This document shows positions 18,885-28,289 of a stretch of DNA of 64,000 bases, in pieces; position 1 is the stretch's first letter, and every line of letters begins with the position of its first letter. Location of the stretch: the NCBI GenBank assembly GCA_037135035.1, contig JBAXLB010000002.1:71680-135679 (forward strand). The letters are read 5' to 3'. The translations under genes and the position numbers were made by a program. Below the pieces are notes generated by a model, which worked only from the letters and a program-made list of their open reading frames with translations, made no database searches and was not told where the DNA came from. The stretch comes from Candidatus Adlerbacteria bacterium. GTDB taxonomy: Bacteria; Patescibacteriota; Minisyncoccia; Phycocordibacterales; SBAW01.

Positions 18885-19153
18885 CTGGTAGAAAGGGCGT
18901 CAGAAAACCCTTTCGTGTTAAGGCAATTTCGTTCGAGGTTTTTTGTCACCTTTGAGAGTGCAGATTTTAGCTTGAAAAATAAGGATTGAAAGTTCGAATG
19001 TTCTGGCTGCTTGCTGTGGACAACGTGTTGATACCAAGCCTTGCTGCGGTTCATTGCGCGTTTAGTTTCCTATGATAGAGTCAACGTGTGCCTGTGGGCG
19101 CAAGCCCCGTTCAGCTAAGGATTTCCTAAGCTGAAGGCAGGCACGACAAAGGT

Positions 19154-19175
19154 ACCGCCTCCGGGCGGTATTTTT
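19154..19175 (+). terminator. Intrinsic terminator (accgcctccgggcggt + T5)
   Basis: Perfect 6-bp GC stem with tccg loop followed by ttttt; adjacent to stop of minus gene at 19180 so may act bidirectionally. Confidence 0.55.
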
Positions 19176-19179
19176 GTGT

Positions 19180-19647
19180 CTATTCATCCTCGATGCCTTC
19201 TGCGTACATGCGCTGCATCCCATTCTTGATTTTCGAGTAGGGCATCACGCTCCAGAAGGTGATGTTGCCATTACCAATACGTCGTAGGACGGCGCGCACT
19301 TTGATACGCTTTTCACCTGCAATTGCCACCAAACCCCAATATTCGACTTCCTTCATTGGCATAGAGCCTGTGGCCGATCGTTTGCCAACAGGACTGAGAA
19401 GCTTTCTGTATTCTTGAACAGTGCCGGACTTCCGAACAATTTCAAGGGCCAGCGGCAGCAAACGGAACTTGAACAATTGCTCGCGCTTGTTTCGCTCGCG
19501 ACGTGCTGAGAACTGCAAGTGATGAAATCCGTCGGAATTGAGAACGATCTTCGTTCCAAAGTAAGGACACCATAAATCCTTCTGTACTGTGTAAATGCTA
19601 TGTGCCTTATCTTTTGCTCGGTCGAATACCTCAGGATCGACATCCAT
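19180..19647 (-). CDS. Hypothetical protein (155 aa), unknown family
   Basis: Clean ORF 10 nt downstream of a 79-aa ORF on same strand; no motif recognised. Confidence 0.45.
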   Translation of the reverse strand: MDVDPEVFDRAKDKAHSIYTVQKDLWCPYFGTKIVLNSDGFHHLQFSARRERNKREQLFKFRLLPLALEIVRKSGTVQEYRKLLSPVGKRSATGSMPMKEVEYWGLVAIAGEKRIKVRAVLRRIGNGNITFWSVMPYSKIKNGMQRMYAEGIEDE

Positions 19648-19656
19648 ATGTCGCTA

Positions 19657-19896
19657 TCATACCGTATTCAGTGAAGTTCTTGTGCCCTTCGTTTTTCTCT
19701 CTTCCAACTCCCGATACAACGCGAACATCGCCTTCAAATATCGTCGGAGGTTCTCGGTAGCCTCCTTCAGCTCCTCCTGTGTCGCGTTCTTCATGGCGCG
19801 ATGAACGACGGACGGAATGTACGGAGTACCGTTCAAGAGAACGACATCGTCATCTCGTCGCGACCATTCCTGTGTGTTGGTCATATATGGCCACAC
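19657..19896 (-). CDS. Hypothetical small helical protein (79 aa)
   Basis: Clean ORF, forms a two-gene cassette with 19180..19647. Confidence 0.4.
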   Translation of the reverse strand: MWPYMTNTQEWSRRDDDVVLLNGTPYIPSVVHRAMKNATQEELKEATENLRRYLKAMFALYRELEERKTKGTRTSLNTV

Positions 19897-20186
19897 TACC
19901 GAATGCTCGGAGTCTGTCGAGACTACGCCGCTTCTCTATAGTCTTCGCCTGGTTGGTTGAGCAAATGCTTCTGCCAGTTGGGCGACGGCTTTCGCTTGGG
20001 CGTCTCTGCTATGATGAATTGCGCCGACGGTTTCCAATCCTTGAGATGCTTTTTCAGAAGTTGAACGACCTGACGATAGTGGTCATTGGCTTCGTGCCTG
20101 GATGCACTCTCGGATGTACCAGAAGTTCGAGTTCCATCTCGCGGAGGAGCACAAACGTAGAAAAATAGCGTGGTATTATTTTATTT

Positions 20187-21566
20187 GTGGACACTGACTC
20201 AGTCGTACCAGAACCTCGACAGGTTGTACCTTTGTATAAAAAAACTTGGCACACGTACGCAGGCAGCTTGTTGCTCGGGATTATATGCCTTGCGGGAATA
20301 GGTGCATATTATTACTTCACTCATAAGGCCTATACACAGGAGCAAGCGCTCGCACTCATTCGGAAAAATATTCTCCCTTCAATAGTTCGCATAGACTGCT
20401 CTAGCAAAGATGGCGGACCAATAACACGCATAGGGAGTGGCCTCTACTACCTTTCGAATGGAACTCCTATGGTTGCAACAAACGCACACGTCATACTTGG
20501 AGACGATGGTCAGTATCATGGTTGCAATGTCTACTTTCCAAGGCCGAGTGATGGAACGTTTTATGACTCTTCCTATATTGCGGGAACACCAGCGCTCTAC
20601 CATGAAACAGAAGCCTACATGGGTGGAGAGAAGATCGATGGGTTGGATTTTGCGCAACTTCCACTGACCGCAGCAAACAACGACGCACAAGGTGTCCCCT
20701 ATCCTTTTCCGCCCATACAACACGACGCCTCTGCAGAAATTGCAAAACTCTGCCGACCAAAGGCAAAAAATATACATATAGGTGAGACTCTTTACTTGCT
20801 TGGGTACCCAGGTACCGGGGGAGATTCTCTCACACTCACGCAAGGAGTAGTGAGCGGCTTTAATGGAGACTTCAATCAGTGGATAAAAGTATCTGCAAAT
20901 ACCGCATTCGGCAATTCCGGGGGCCTCGCTATTGGCGCTACCGACCTCTGCGAATATGGCATCCCCGCACAGGTAACACTTGGGCAAGGCGCAAATTTAG
21001 GAATCGTATTGGGTTCTGCATTTATAACTTCTTTCCTCGAAAATCTGACCGGTGGCTACACCTATTCTTTACCCGCCACAACAACTGAGGCTGGGGCATA
21101 CCTTAGCGAAGCGGCATCCTTCCCTGATTTTTCTATGCACTACCCAGCTGAATGGACACTGTCCACCACTTCGCCCGAAGATACAGGAACATGGAGCACA
21201 GTCTTTGCTGCGCCAAATGAAAGCGCACTGGATGACTTTAATGAAACTACTACGGTGTATGTCAGCCCTCACTCATCTGAAAAAGATTTCTCGTCAACAA
21301 TCGCTCTAATAAAGCGAGCTGTCGCCTCAGTTGACCCGGAAGCAACTGGGCGATACGTAACACTTGCAGACCATGTACAGTCATATCAAATTTTGTTTTT
21401 TGATTCGACCCAACAGAGATACACCGTTCCTGTACTCCAATACGTAATCTTGTTTTTGCGAAACGGTACGGTGTATGAAATAGACTCCGCTGCCGAGCAA
21501 TTGCCCACTATGAAGCAGTATGTGCTCATGTTCGCCGGCATGGGAGATTCAATTCGCTTCAAATAG
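20187..21566 (+). CDS. Membrane-anchored trypsin-like (S1) serine protease with C-terminal unknown domain
   Basis: N-terminal TM, catalytic His region VATNAHV, Ser motif GNSGG; no PDZ. Confidence 0.6.
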   Translation: MDTDSVVPEPRQVVPLYKKTWHTYAGSLLLGIICLAGIGAYYYFTHKAYTQEQALALIRKNILPSIVRIDCSSKDGGPITRIGSGLYYLSNGTPMVATNAHVILGDDGQYHGCNVYFPRPSDGTFYDSSYIAGTPALYHETEAYMGGEKIDGLDFAQLPLTAANNDAQGVPYPFPPIQHDASAEIAKLCRPKAKNIHIGETLYLLGYPGTGGDSLTLTQGVVSGFNGDFNQWIKVSANTAFGNSGGLAIGATDLCEYGIPAQVTLGQGANLGIVLGSAFITSFLENLTGGYTYSLPATTTEAGAYLSEAASFPDFSMHYPAEWTLSTTSPEDTGTWSTVFAAPNESALDDFNETTTVYVSPHSSEKDFSSTIALIKRAVASVDPEATGRYVTLADHVQSYQILFFDSTQQRYTVPVLQYVILFLRNGTVYEIDSAAEQLPTMKQYVLMFAGMGDSIRFK

Positions 21567-21601
21567 TCGTCACAAATGATTTTATGCTATAACCATTGGA
21601 C

Positions 21602-21674
21602 GCTCCCGTAGTCTAATGGATAGAATACCTCCCTCCGAAGGAGGTGATGCAGGTTCGATTCCTGCCGGGAGCAC
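21602..21674 (+). tRNA. tRNA-Arg (anticodon CCG)
   Basis: Acceptor GCTCCCG/CGGGAGC, anticodon stem CCTCC/GGAGG loop CTCCGAA, T-arm GGTTCGATTCC. Confidence 0.85.
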
Positions 21675-21765
21675 AAAATATGCGGGGCAGATTTTGTGAG
21701 CCGCAAACGCGACGGCGTTGAGGCGGGGTCGCGGAATTTTTCAGCAGAAAAATATCTGTGACCAG
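21675..21765 (+). repeat. Structured tRNA-trailer repeat element, copy A (GC hairpin + AT hairpin + CTGTGACCA)
   Basis: gcgacggcgttgaggcggggtcgc hairpin + T-tract, then atttttc-agca-gaaaaat hairpin (21736..21753), then ctgtgacca. Confidence 0.6.
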
Positions 21766-21767
21766 GT

Positions 21768-22256
21768 TTATAGCCCTAATATTTCTGCTATGTGCTCGCC
21801 AAAGTGGGGCCACTGCTCTTCTTCGCGTGCAAAACGTTTGCAATACACACGGACTTGTTCGGCATGTGCGAGATTGTCGAGTGGTACGGTAATGCGTGGC
21901 GCCAAAATAGACTTTGTTGTCAGGTAAATGCACGGACCGCCGCGTTCTGTATTTGTGTTGACCCAAAAGGAGTCAACCGTTTTCCACAAATACAATGTGC
22001 CGTCGAGTGCGATACCGCGTGAGTCGACACGGACCTGGTGCTCGCGGGGCCCACGAATTTTGAGCGTCATGATAGACCCCGCGCCGATAATTAAAATAAG
22101 TGCGAGCAAAATATTGCCGAAATAAATTGAAAGCCCAGCACCAAGGAGTGTCAGCAACCCAAGCGCCCAGTACCAGTCGGCGGTATGGACTTTATGTTCG
22201 TGAGTAAGTACGTGCCACGTAATATTGTGCTCGTCGGGCATGTCACAAGTATACAC
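21768..22256 (-). CDS. Membrane protein with bacterial PH-like (DUF304-type) domain
   Basis: Two TM helices followed by beta-rich soluble domain. Confidence 0.4.
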   Translation of the reverse strand: MYTCDMPDEHNITWHVLTHEHKVHTADWYWALGLLTLLGAGLSIYFGNILLALILIIGAGSIMTLKIRGPREHQVRVDSRGIALDGTLYLWKTVDSFWVNTNTERGGPCIYLTTKSILAPRITVPLDNLAHAEQVRVYCKRFAREEEQWPHFGEHIAEILGL

Positions 22257-22335
22257 CCGTCAAATTCTGTAGAGATGATTAATTTTAAATACATTTACTA
22301 TGTAAGAGGTTAGTGAACCTGTCGTCTTCACATAT

Positions 22336-23013
22336 ATGCACTTGCTTGTTGTTGAAGATGAGGAAAAGTTGGCCGGGGCGCTAAAAAAAGGTCTAGAAAT
22401 GCGCGGCTATGCTGTCGACTGGCTCGCAGACCCCGAAAAAGCGCGCTCGCGCATATTGCTCTACCGCAATGAATATGACGTTGTTCTCCTAGACTTGGTG
22501 ATGCCAGGGCTCGATGGGGCAACTATCTTACAAGAAGTTCGCAAAGAGGGTGTCACAACACCAATAATTATTTTGACCGGACAAAATGATACAGAACACA
22601 AGGTCGACTTACTAAACAAAGGCGCGGACGACTACGTGGTTAAACCTTTTTCGTTTGAAGAGCTCGTGGCCCGCATCAACTCGGTACTACGGCGGCCCAA
22701 AGTGTCACAGCAGGTGGTACTTACTGCGGGGAGTATTGAAATGGACAATGCAACACGCACGGTCCGTGTGGAAGGAAAAGAAGTTAACGTAACTCTTAAA
22801 GAATTTTCACTGCTCGAATGTTTTATGCGTGAACCAAACATCGTGCTCACGCGAGAAAAATTATTTGACCATGTATGGGACTTTAACTTGCTGTCTTGGA
22901 GTAACGTGCTCGACGTACATATGAAAAACCTCCGTAAAAAATTGACCTCCAAACATGGCAACACCTATTTTGAAACAGTGCGCGGGGTAGGGTACAAATT
23001 GGTAGCTGGGTAA
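22336..23013 (+). CDS. OmpR/PhoB-family response regulator (no adjacent histidine kinase)
   Basis: Receiver domain LLVVEDEEKLA...DVVLLDLVMPGLDG, C-terminal winged-helix. Confidence 0.85.
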   Translation: MHLLVVEDEEKLAGALKKGLEMRGYAVDWLADPEKARSRILLYRNEYDVVLLDLVMPGLDGATILQEVRKEGVTTPIIILTGQNDTEHKVDLLNKGADDYVVKPFSFEELVARINSVLRRPKVSQQVVLTAGSIEMDNATRTVRVEGKEVNVTLKEFSLLECFMREPNIVLTREKLFDHVWDFNLLSWSNVLDVHMKNLRKKLTSKHGNTYFETVRGVGYKLVAG

Positions 23014-23045
23014 AAAGGCGTGACGGTGTGGGGTAGAATAGGGGA

Positions 23046-23753
23046 ATGAATATTCTCTATCTCGGTACCGCGTTTGTTGCCGGGCTGGTTAGTTTTCTCT
23101 CACCGTGTGTATTACCGATTATCCCTGGCTTTTTAGCCTATTTGGCAGGCTCAAGTGATGCCCAGTCTTTGACCAAGCGTCGCGATATTTTTATAAACGC
23201 AGTATTTTTTGTATTAGGTTTTTCCACTATTTTTGCATTGCTCGGTATTTTGTTGCAGACCGTACTTGTAGAGGTGGCTCCTGGCGTGCAAATGTGGCTT
23301 TCGCGCGCAGGCGGCGCGGTGATTATTTTTTTCGGGCTCTATCTAGTAGGGCTTATTAAAATTGGGTACCTTGAAAGTAATCACACGTTTGCGGTTAAGA
23401 AAAAATTTAGCTCACGTTTTTTAACGTCGTTTGTATTCGGCATGGCATTTGCGGTGGGTTGGACGCCGTGCGCGGGCGCTGTTTTAGGGAGTATTTTAGG
23501 ACTTGCGGCGTCTGCGCCTCTGTCGGCCTTCTTTTTGTTGTTTGCATATGCGCTTGGTTTAGGGGCACCATTTTTACTAGTGGGGGCGTTTACTGCCGGA
23601 GCAACAGCAGCTATCGCACGGGTAGGTGGCGCGTTTGTGTGGGTTAATCGTGTGTTTGGGGTACTACTCGTGCTCCTTGGTATACTCGTGTTTACGAACG
23701 ACCTTTCACTATTGGGTAACTTAGATGTTATTAATAACTTCTTTTTGAAATAA
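23046..23753 (+). CDS. ccdA: CcdA/DsbD-family thiol-disulfide transmembrane electron transporter
   Basis: LSPCVLPIIPGFLAYLAG signature with conserved Cys pair; 6 TM. Confidence 0.8.
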   Translation: MNILYLGTAFVAGLVSFLSPCVLPIIPGFLAYLAGSSDAQSLTKRRDIFINAVFFVLGFSTIFALLGILLQTVLVEVAPGVQMWLSRAGGAVIIFFGLYLVGLIKIGYLESNHTFAVKKKFSSRFLTSFVFGMAFAVGWTPCAGAVLGSILGLAASAPLSAFFLLFAYALGLGAPFLLVGAFTAGATAAIARVGGAFVWVNRVFGVLLVLLGILVFTNDLSLLGNLDVINNFFLK

Positions 23754-23757
23754 CAGT

Positions 23758-24873
23758 ATGAACGCCACAACAAAACGCACTGCTACACTTGTCGCGGTTC
23801 TTGTACTTATTGCAGCGGTCATCTGGTATTTGGAAAGCGGGAAGGTGGCCCCGGGCCCTTCTGGTGTGCCTGTTGCAGTAGGTGCACATTCGACAAACTT
23901 TGCGGCCAACAGCGTGTTGTACCCTAAGGCGAATGAGTTTGTATCGCCCGACGGATATATAAACACACCGGCAACAACCACACTCGACGCACTTATAAAT
24001 GGGGAACATAAAGTAGTGTTGGTCGACTTTTGGACGTACAGCTGCATTAACTGTATGCGCACTATTCCATATTTGGAGGCGTGGTATAAAAAATATAAAG
24101 ACTACGGGTTTACTATTGTTGGCGTGCACGCACCAGAGTTTGCATTTGAAAAAGTGCTCGCCAATGTGCAAGCGGCAGTAACAAAATTTGGCATTACCTA
24201 CCCGGTTATTTTGGACAGCAATTTAAATACGTGGAGTGCCTACCGCAACCAATATTGGCCGGCAGAATATCTTGTAGACACAGACGGCCTCGTGCGCGAA
24301 CACAACATAGGCGAAGGCAACTACGAAGAAACCGAAAGCACTATTCAAAAACTTCTTGCAGAGCGAAACCAGACGCTGGGGTTAGTGGTACCTATACCTA
24401 CAGGTTTTGTGGACATCACCAGTACGATACAAACAGCAAGCCCTGAAACATATTTTGGTTTTGCCCGGAACCAATATTTAGGAAATGGCACCAGGCAAAC
24501 ACAAGGAGTGCAGACTCTTGCGGCACCCGCTGCAGGCAGTGCTGCACCAAACACGCTGTATCTGGGCGGAGTGTGGAATTTTGAAAGTGAGTTTGCAAAA
24601 AATACTTCTGCCGGCGCAACTATTACCTACCACTACAGTGCAAAAGATGTGTACCTGGTTGCAAGTGCGGCAAGAGGCGCGGTGTTTACTGTCTACATAG
24701 ACGGCAAGATTATTAATGCAAACAAAGGTGCCGATGTAGACGCGAACGGTCAGGTGCGCGTAGGGGAGTCGCGGCTCTACAGACTAGTTGAAGGGGGTGC
24801 GCAGGAAGAGCACGTGATTGAAATAAAAATAACGTCGCCGGGGCTCGACGCCTATACGTTTACGTTTGGTTGA
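23758..24873 (+). CDS. TlpA/ResA-like thioredoxin-fold oxidoreductase fused to C-terminal beta-sandwich domain
   Basis: N-terminal anchor, VVLVDFWTYSCINCMRTIPYL (CxxC redoxin), ~170-aa C-terminal domain resembling the CBM-like domain of DipZ. Confidence 0.7.
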   Translation: MNATTKRTATLVAVLVLIAAVIWYLESGKVAPGPSGVPVAVGAHSTNFAANSVLYPKANEFVSPDGYINTPATTTLDALINGEHKVVLVDFWTYSCINCMRTIPYLEAWYKKYKDYGFTIVGVHAPEFAFEKVLANVQAAVTKFGITYPVILDSNLNTWSAYRNQYWPAEYLVDTDGLVREHNIGEGNYEETESTIQKLLAERNQTLGLVVPIPTGFVDITSTIQTASPETYFGFARNQYLGNGTRQTQGVQTLAAPAAGSAAPNTLYLGGVWNFESEFAKNTSAGATITYHYSAKDVYLVASAARGAVFTVYIDGKIINANKGADVDANGQVRVGESRLYRLVEGGAQEEHVIEIKITSPGLDAYTFTFG

Positions 24874-24876
24874 TAG

Positions 24877-25866
24877 TTACTGCGTGCACGCGTCGGTATG
24901 TATAGCGCGCGCGTCGATGTTTGCAAGGTGAGCTATTTCTTTTGTACATGAGGCAACTAATGAGGTGTCGTTGCTGTAGTGTGTACAGAGAAGAGTAGCT
25001 GCCGACGTGTTGCCGTGAGTCTGTATATACAACTCGTTGCCTATACCTGCAAAACAAGATACTTGTAAAAAATGTTCGGGCAGTGACTCGCAGTATGCGC
25101 CGGTCGTGGCCACTGCCTCGGTACTTGTTGCAGAAGTCGGCCAGAAATTTTTCCGCCAAACTCGCGGCATAAAACTGACACACTGCGCGTGTTCGGATGC
25201 CGCAAACCCACTGCAAGGGGCAAATGGACTGTCTTTGGATATTTTGAATGGGGGAGTGTCTGCACCCAACATTGTTTGGTCAAAATATTCCATAAAAACA
25301 CCTGCTTCACATTTACCAGCCGCACTAGCTGCCGAAGAATTTTTGCATAACGATAGAGCGCTCGTGAGTGCTTGGGGATTGTACCCAGCGTACGAAAGGA
25401 TGCCGTGCCCTATACCGTGTTCGCATAGTGACTGCACGTTTGTTGCTTCTGACTGCGCACATATAGCATGCAATGCTGGCAGCACAGACACGCCTTGCGC
25501 GTGGAGCGCACGGCCGAGCAGTTCGTGCAGGCAGCCGTATTGAAACCGGTCGTCGCATGTAAACGCACCGGCCAACCCGACTTCTTGGTACAGCGCTGCG
25601 CCAAAGTAGTGCGCCTCTGTGTGGCCTTGTACCCCTGTTTTGTTTTTTAAACTGCACGCAAGTTCTGTATATGCATCCTTTGCGCTTTCTGTTTCTATCC
25701 GCTCTTTCCAGTGTGTAATACGCACACCGCCATCTTTGTTTTGAGGTAAGACAGGGTGTGTCCAAAACCACAGAGCCCCGGCTACTCCCACACACAACAG
25801 AGCTAGGGTCGCTACAGCTATAATTTTTTTGTTTCGCCCGAGTCGCATCTGCCCAGTATAGGGCAC
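24877..25866 (-). CDS. Membrane-anchored cysteine-rich extracytoplasmic protein, unknown function
   Basis: N-terminal TM, ~20 Cys, recurring C..HG.GHG-like segments. Confidence 0.5.
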   Translation of the reverse strand: MPYTGQMRLGRNKKIIAVATLALLCVGVAGALWFWTHPVLPQNKDGGVRITHWKERIETESAKDAYTELACSLKNKTGVQGHTEAHYFGAALYQEVGLAGAFTCDDRFQYGCLHELLGRALHAQGVSVLPALHAICAQSEATNVQSLCEHGIGHGILSYAGYNPQALTSALSLCKNSSAASAAGKCEAGVFMEYFDQTMLGADTPPFKISKDSPFAPCSGFAASEHAQCVSFMPRVWRKNFWPTSATSTEAVATTGAYCESLPEHFLQVSCFAGIGNELYIQTHGNTSAATLLCTHYSNDTSLVASCTKEIAHLANIDARAIHTDACTQ

Positions 25867-25935
25867 ATAGCAAAAGCCCCCGTGTGCATGGACACGGGGG
25901 CTGTGTTGCTGTGCGCAGCGCGCACTACCTCGGGA

Positions 25936-26664
25936 TTAGTGGCCGAAGAAGTGTTTGAAGTGCGACCAACCCTTAGTGAATATTCCAACTATAGTTGCAC
26001 TGATGCTCGTGTCGCTGTTTGTGTTTCCTGCAAGCACAACCTTTGAGCCCACGGTTAGTGCCGACGAGGATGCAAGGTCCCCGTTAACACGGTAGACAGT
26101 TGCACTTCCGGCCGAGACAGTCGTTGTTGCCTGTGTGCCGAACGGTTTAATCGTAAAGGTCGAGCCGTTGACCGAAGTCACAACACCGGCACCCGCCGCA
26201 TTATGGGCGGCAAGTACTGTGCGGACGCGCAGTGCGCTGTCGGAGATTTTTTCTGCCACAATTGTCGATCCAGTCACTGTGCCTTTAATACGCACCGTGT
26301 CGCCAACTTTAATCTGTGATACAGACACCGCAGTGTTGTCATCATCGGCAACTGTAACGTTTGCGGCGTTAACCGTGTACGTCGTCCCACCTTTTGCGTT
26401 CACCGTAAGAGTTGAGCCGTTTATTGCCGTCACAACTGCGCTCGTGTTAATTGAGCCGTTTGCGTGCTGATCCTTGTTTGGTAGGGGGGTACCAAAGAGT
26501 ATGTGGTCTATCCCTGCACCAATATTCAGGTTAGTTTTGGCGGATTCTTTTACCGACACATTTGTTGCTACCTTGCCCTCGTGTGCGCTCGCGAATAAAG
26601 GCGCTGCCGCGATAAGAGCAACTGCAACGGTGCTTGTAGCGAGGTAGTAATTAATTTTTTTCAT
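25936..26664 (-). CDS. Secreted beta-rich repeat protein
   Basis: Signal peptide MKKINYYLATSTVAVALIAAAPLFASA, repeated TxTVNA/GSTxTV segments, terminator hairpin downstream. Confidence 0.5.
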   Translation of the reverse strand: MKKINYYLATSTVAVALIAAAPLFASAHEGKVATNVSVKESAKTNLNIGAGIDHILFGTPLPNKDQHANGSINTSAVVTAINGSTLTVNAKGGTTYTVNAANVTVADDDNTAVSVSQIKVGDTVRIKGTVTGSTIVAEKISDSALRVRTVLAAHNAAGAGVVTSVNGSTFTIKPFGTQATTTVSAGSATVYRVNGDLASSSALTVGSKVVLAGNTNSDTSISATIVGIFTKGWSHFKHFFGH

Positions 26665-26772
26665 ATATATATATATTATTTAGACCAGTAAATCATTGCC
26701 GCATAAAGGCAACATATATGATGACGGTTTGGGTATGTTGTTATTACCCATATTTTCCTCGTAAAGATACTG

Positions 26773-27993
26773 CTATTTGTTCACAACAAAACGGAGCTGT
26801 TCAATATCAAAAGGTTCCAAATAGTATCCGACGTCGCGAAATTCCAGCCGCAATATGTCAGTTGTCTCGAGATTGTCAGGGTAAGGTAATTTTTCTTGAG
26901 CGTCTGCCAGGGCTTTCTGAACACCAGCGATTTCTAACCCCTGTTGCTGTGTGAACGCTACAAAATTTTTATATTCCTGTACGCTCTTTTTGTCGGCACC
27001 GACGACTGCGTGTATAGCTTGTATGGCAGCGTAGCTATGTCCTTTTGCAGCAAGAGTTTTTGAAAGGACGTGGTACGCAAAACTTTGCGACACTTGTTCG
27101 TCGAGGATTCCCTCCGCCTCTCTTTTCTCAGGTAAGCGTAGTTCGTTGTCACGGTCTAATTTTGCAATTTTTTCATAAAAAGGGTGTGGCATCGGTATGC
27201 GTTCTTCATCTAATGATATTTTGGTTATATCTTCAGCATATGCGTCTGAAACTCTGTGTCCGTATTCATGCGCGACTAGATGTTTGGTTACGATGTAAAT
27301 TGACTCGTCTATGCTCATTGAGATGCCAATCTTGCTGAGCTCGTCGCGTATTTTAGTGGCGCCATTTTGGATATGTTTGCCCCCGATATCAATAATGGCA
27401 GAAGGCGCCTCCGGGTCTTCGGGATTATGGAAGTACTTGTAGTCTAGATATCTGCCGTACCCTTTGTCTGCGTCGTACGAAAGTTTAAGCGGAGATAGAG
27501 ATTTTTCCTTTTCAAAAAAATCCGGAGGGTACAGATTAAGCTCTTTCATGTCGCTCATGACTTCGTCAAAAATATGTTGCGCAGACGCTTCCATTTTTTC
27601 AGAAGGAGGAAGGGGAGTGCGTTCAATTCGCGCATCTTTCTGCGCTTTCAACTTGTCAAACACAGGTTTATTTTTTTCGATAATACTTTTTAATTTTTCT
27701 GTATCGAAAGTATATTTCTTACGGGGACCTTCGAATTCTGAGTCGTCCTTTTCTTGTACGGAAATAGCTCCTTCAAAAAACAAATCTTTAATAACCCGTA
27801 ACTCAGGTTGACTCTCAACAGCCTCACCTGATTCAAGAGTAGACGTTGGTGCCGTTGCTGCAACGGGCTTTTCTTGAGTTTTTTCCTCAAGCTTCTCGTC
27901 GGCATGTGCAGGGAGTTGCGCGTGCTCCAGATCAAAACCAGGCTTCATGTCTTCGATTATAGCATTCGAGCGGAGAGGGTGAGATTCGGTCAC
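26773..27993 (-). CDS. Putative zinc metallopeptidase (HExxH) with acidic N-terminal region
   Basis: Single HEYGH motif (LVAHEYGHRV); remainder unassigned. Confidence 0.4.
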   Translation of the reverse strand: MTESHPLRSNAIIEDMKPGFDLEHAQLPAHADEKLEEKTQEKPVAATAPTSTLESGEAVESQPELRVIKDLFFEGAISVQEKDDSEFEGPRKKYTFDTEKLKSIIEKNKPVFDKLKAQKDARIERTPLPPSEKMEASAQHIFDEVMSDMKELNLYPPDFFEKEKSLSPLKLSYDADKGYGRYLDYKYFHNPEDPEAPSAIIDIGGKHIQNGATKIRDELSKIGISMSIDESIYIVTKHLVAHEYGHRVSDAYAEDITKISLDEERIPMPHPFYEKIAKLDRDNELRLPEKREAEGILDEQVSQSFAYHVLSKTLAAKGHSYAAIQAIHAVVGADKKSVQEYKNFVAFTQQQGLEIAGVQKALADAQEKLPYPDNLETTDILRLEFRDVGYYLEPFDIEQLRFVVNK

Positions 27994-28155
27994 GGTCTGC
28001 CGACTTTTTCTTCACATGTTTGAAAAAGTCTGGCATCCTCGACCCCAACTCAAAAATTTATTCCCCGAATAAATTTTTTTCGTCTTTCGAATCTCTCTAC
28101 CTTATATCCGACAGAAATAAAAAAACAGGTGCAGAAGCACCCGTTTTTCATTTTG

Positions 28156-28240
28156 CGGAGGAGGTGAGATTCGAACTCACGATGGGTTGCCCCATGCTTG
28201 TTTTCAAGACAAGTGCCATAGACCACTCGGCCACTCCTCC
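28156..28240 (-). tRNA. tRNA-Ser (anticodon TGA)
   Basis: Reverse complement: acceptor GGAGGAG/CTCCTCC, anticodon stem CTTGT/ACAAG loop CTTGAAA, long variable arm, T-arm GAGTTCGAATCTC. Confidence 0.85.
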
Positions 28241-28289
28241 AATAGAAGAGACAATACACTTTTTTCGGATTATCCGCTATGCTCAAAGG

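Noticed and set aside
19779-20168. 129-aa plus-strand Arg-rich ORF
   Set aside because: 5' third is antisense to the 79-aa minus ORF and the remainder shows no family signal; region treated as degenerate rather than a confident gene (an internal-Met 94-aa version cannot be excluded)
28020-28289. 5' extension of the 241-aa ORF annotated in the track
   Set aside because: This part overlaps tRNA-Ser(TGA) on the opposite strand; RuvX homology begins at the GTG at 28290
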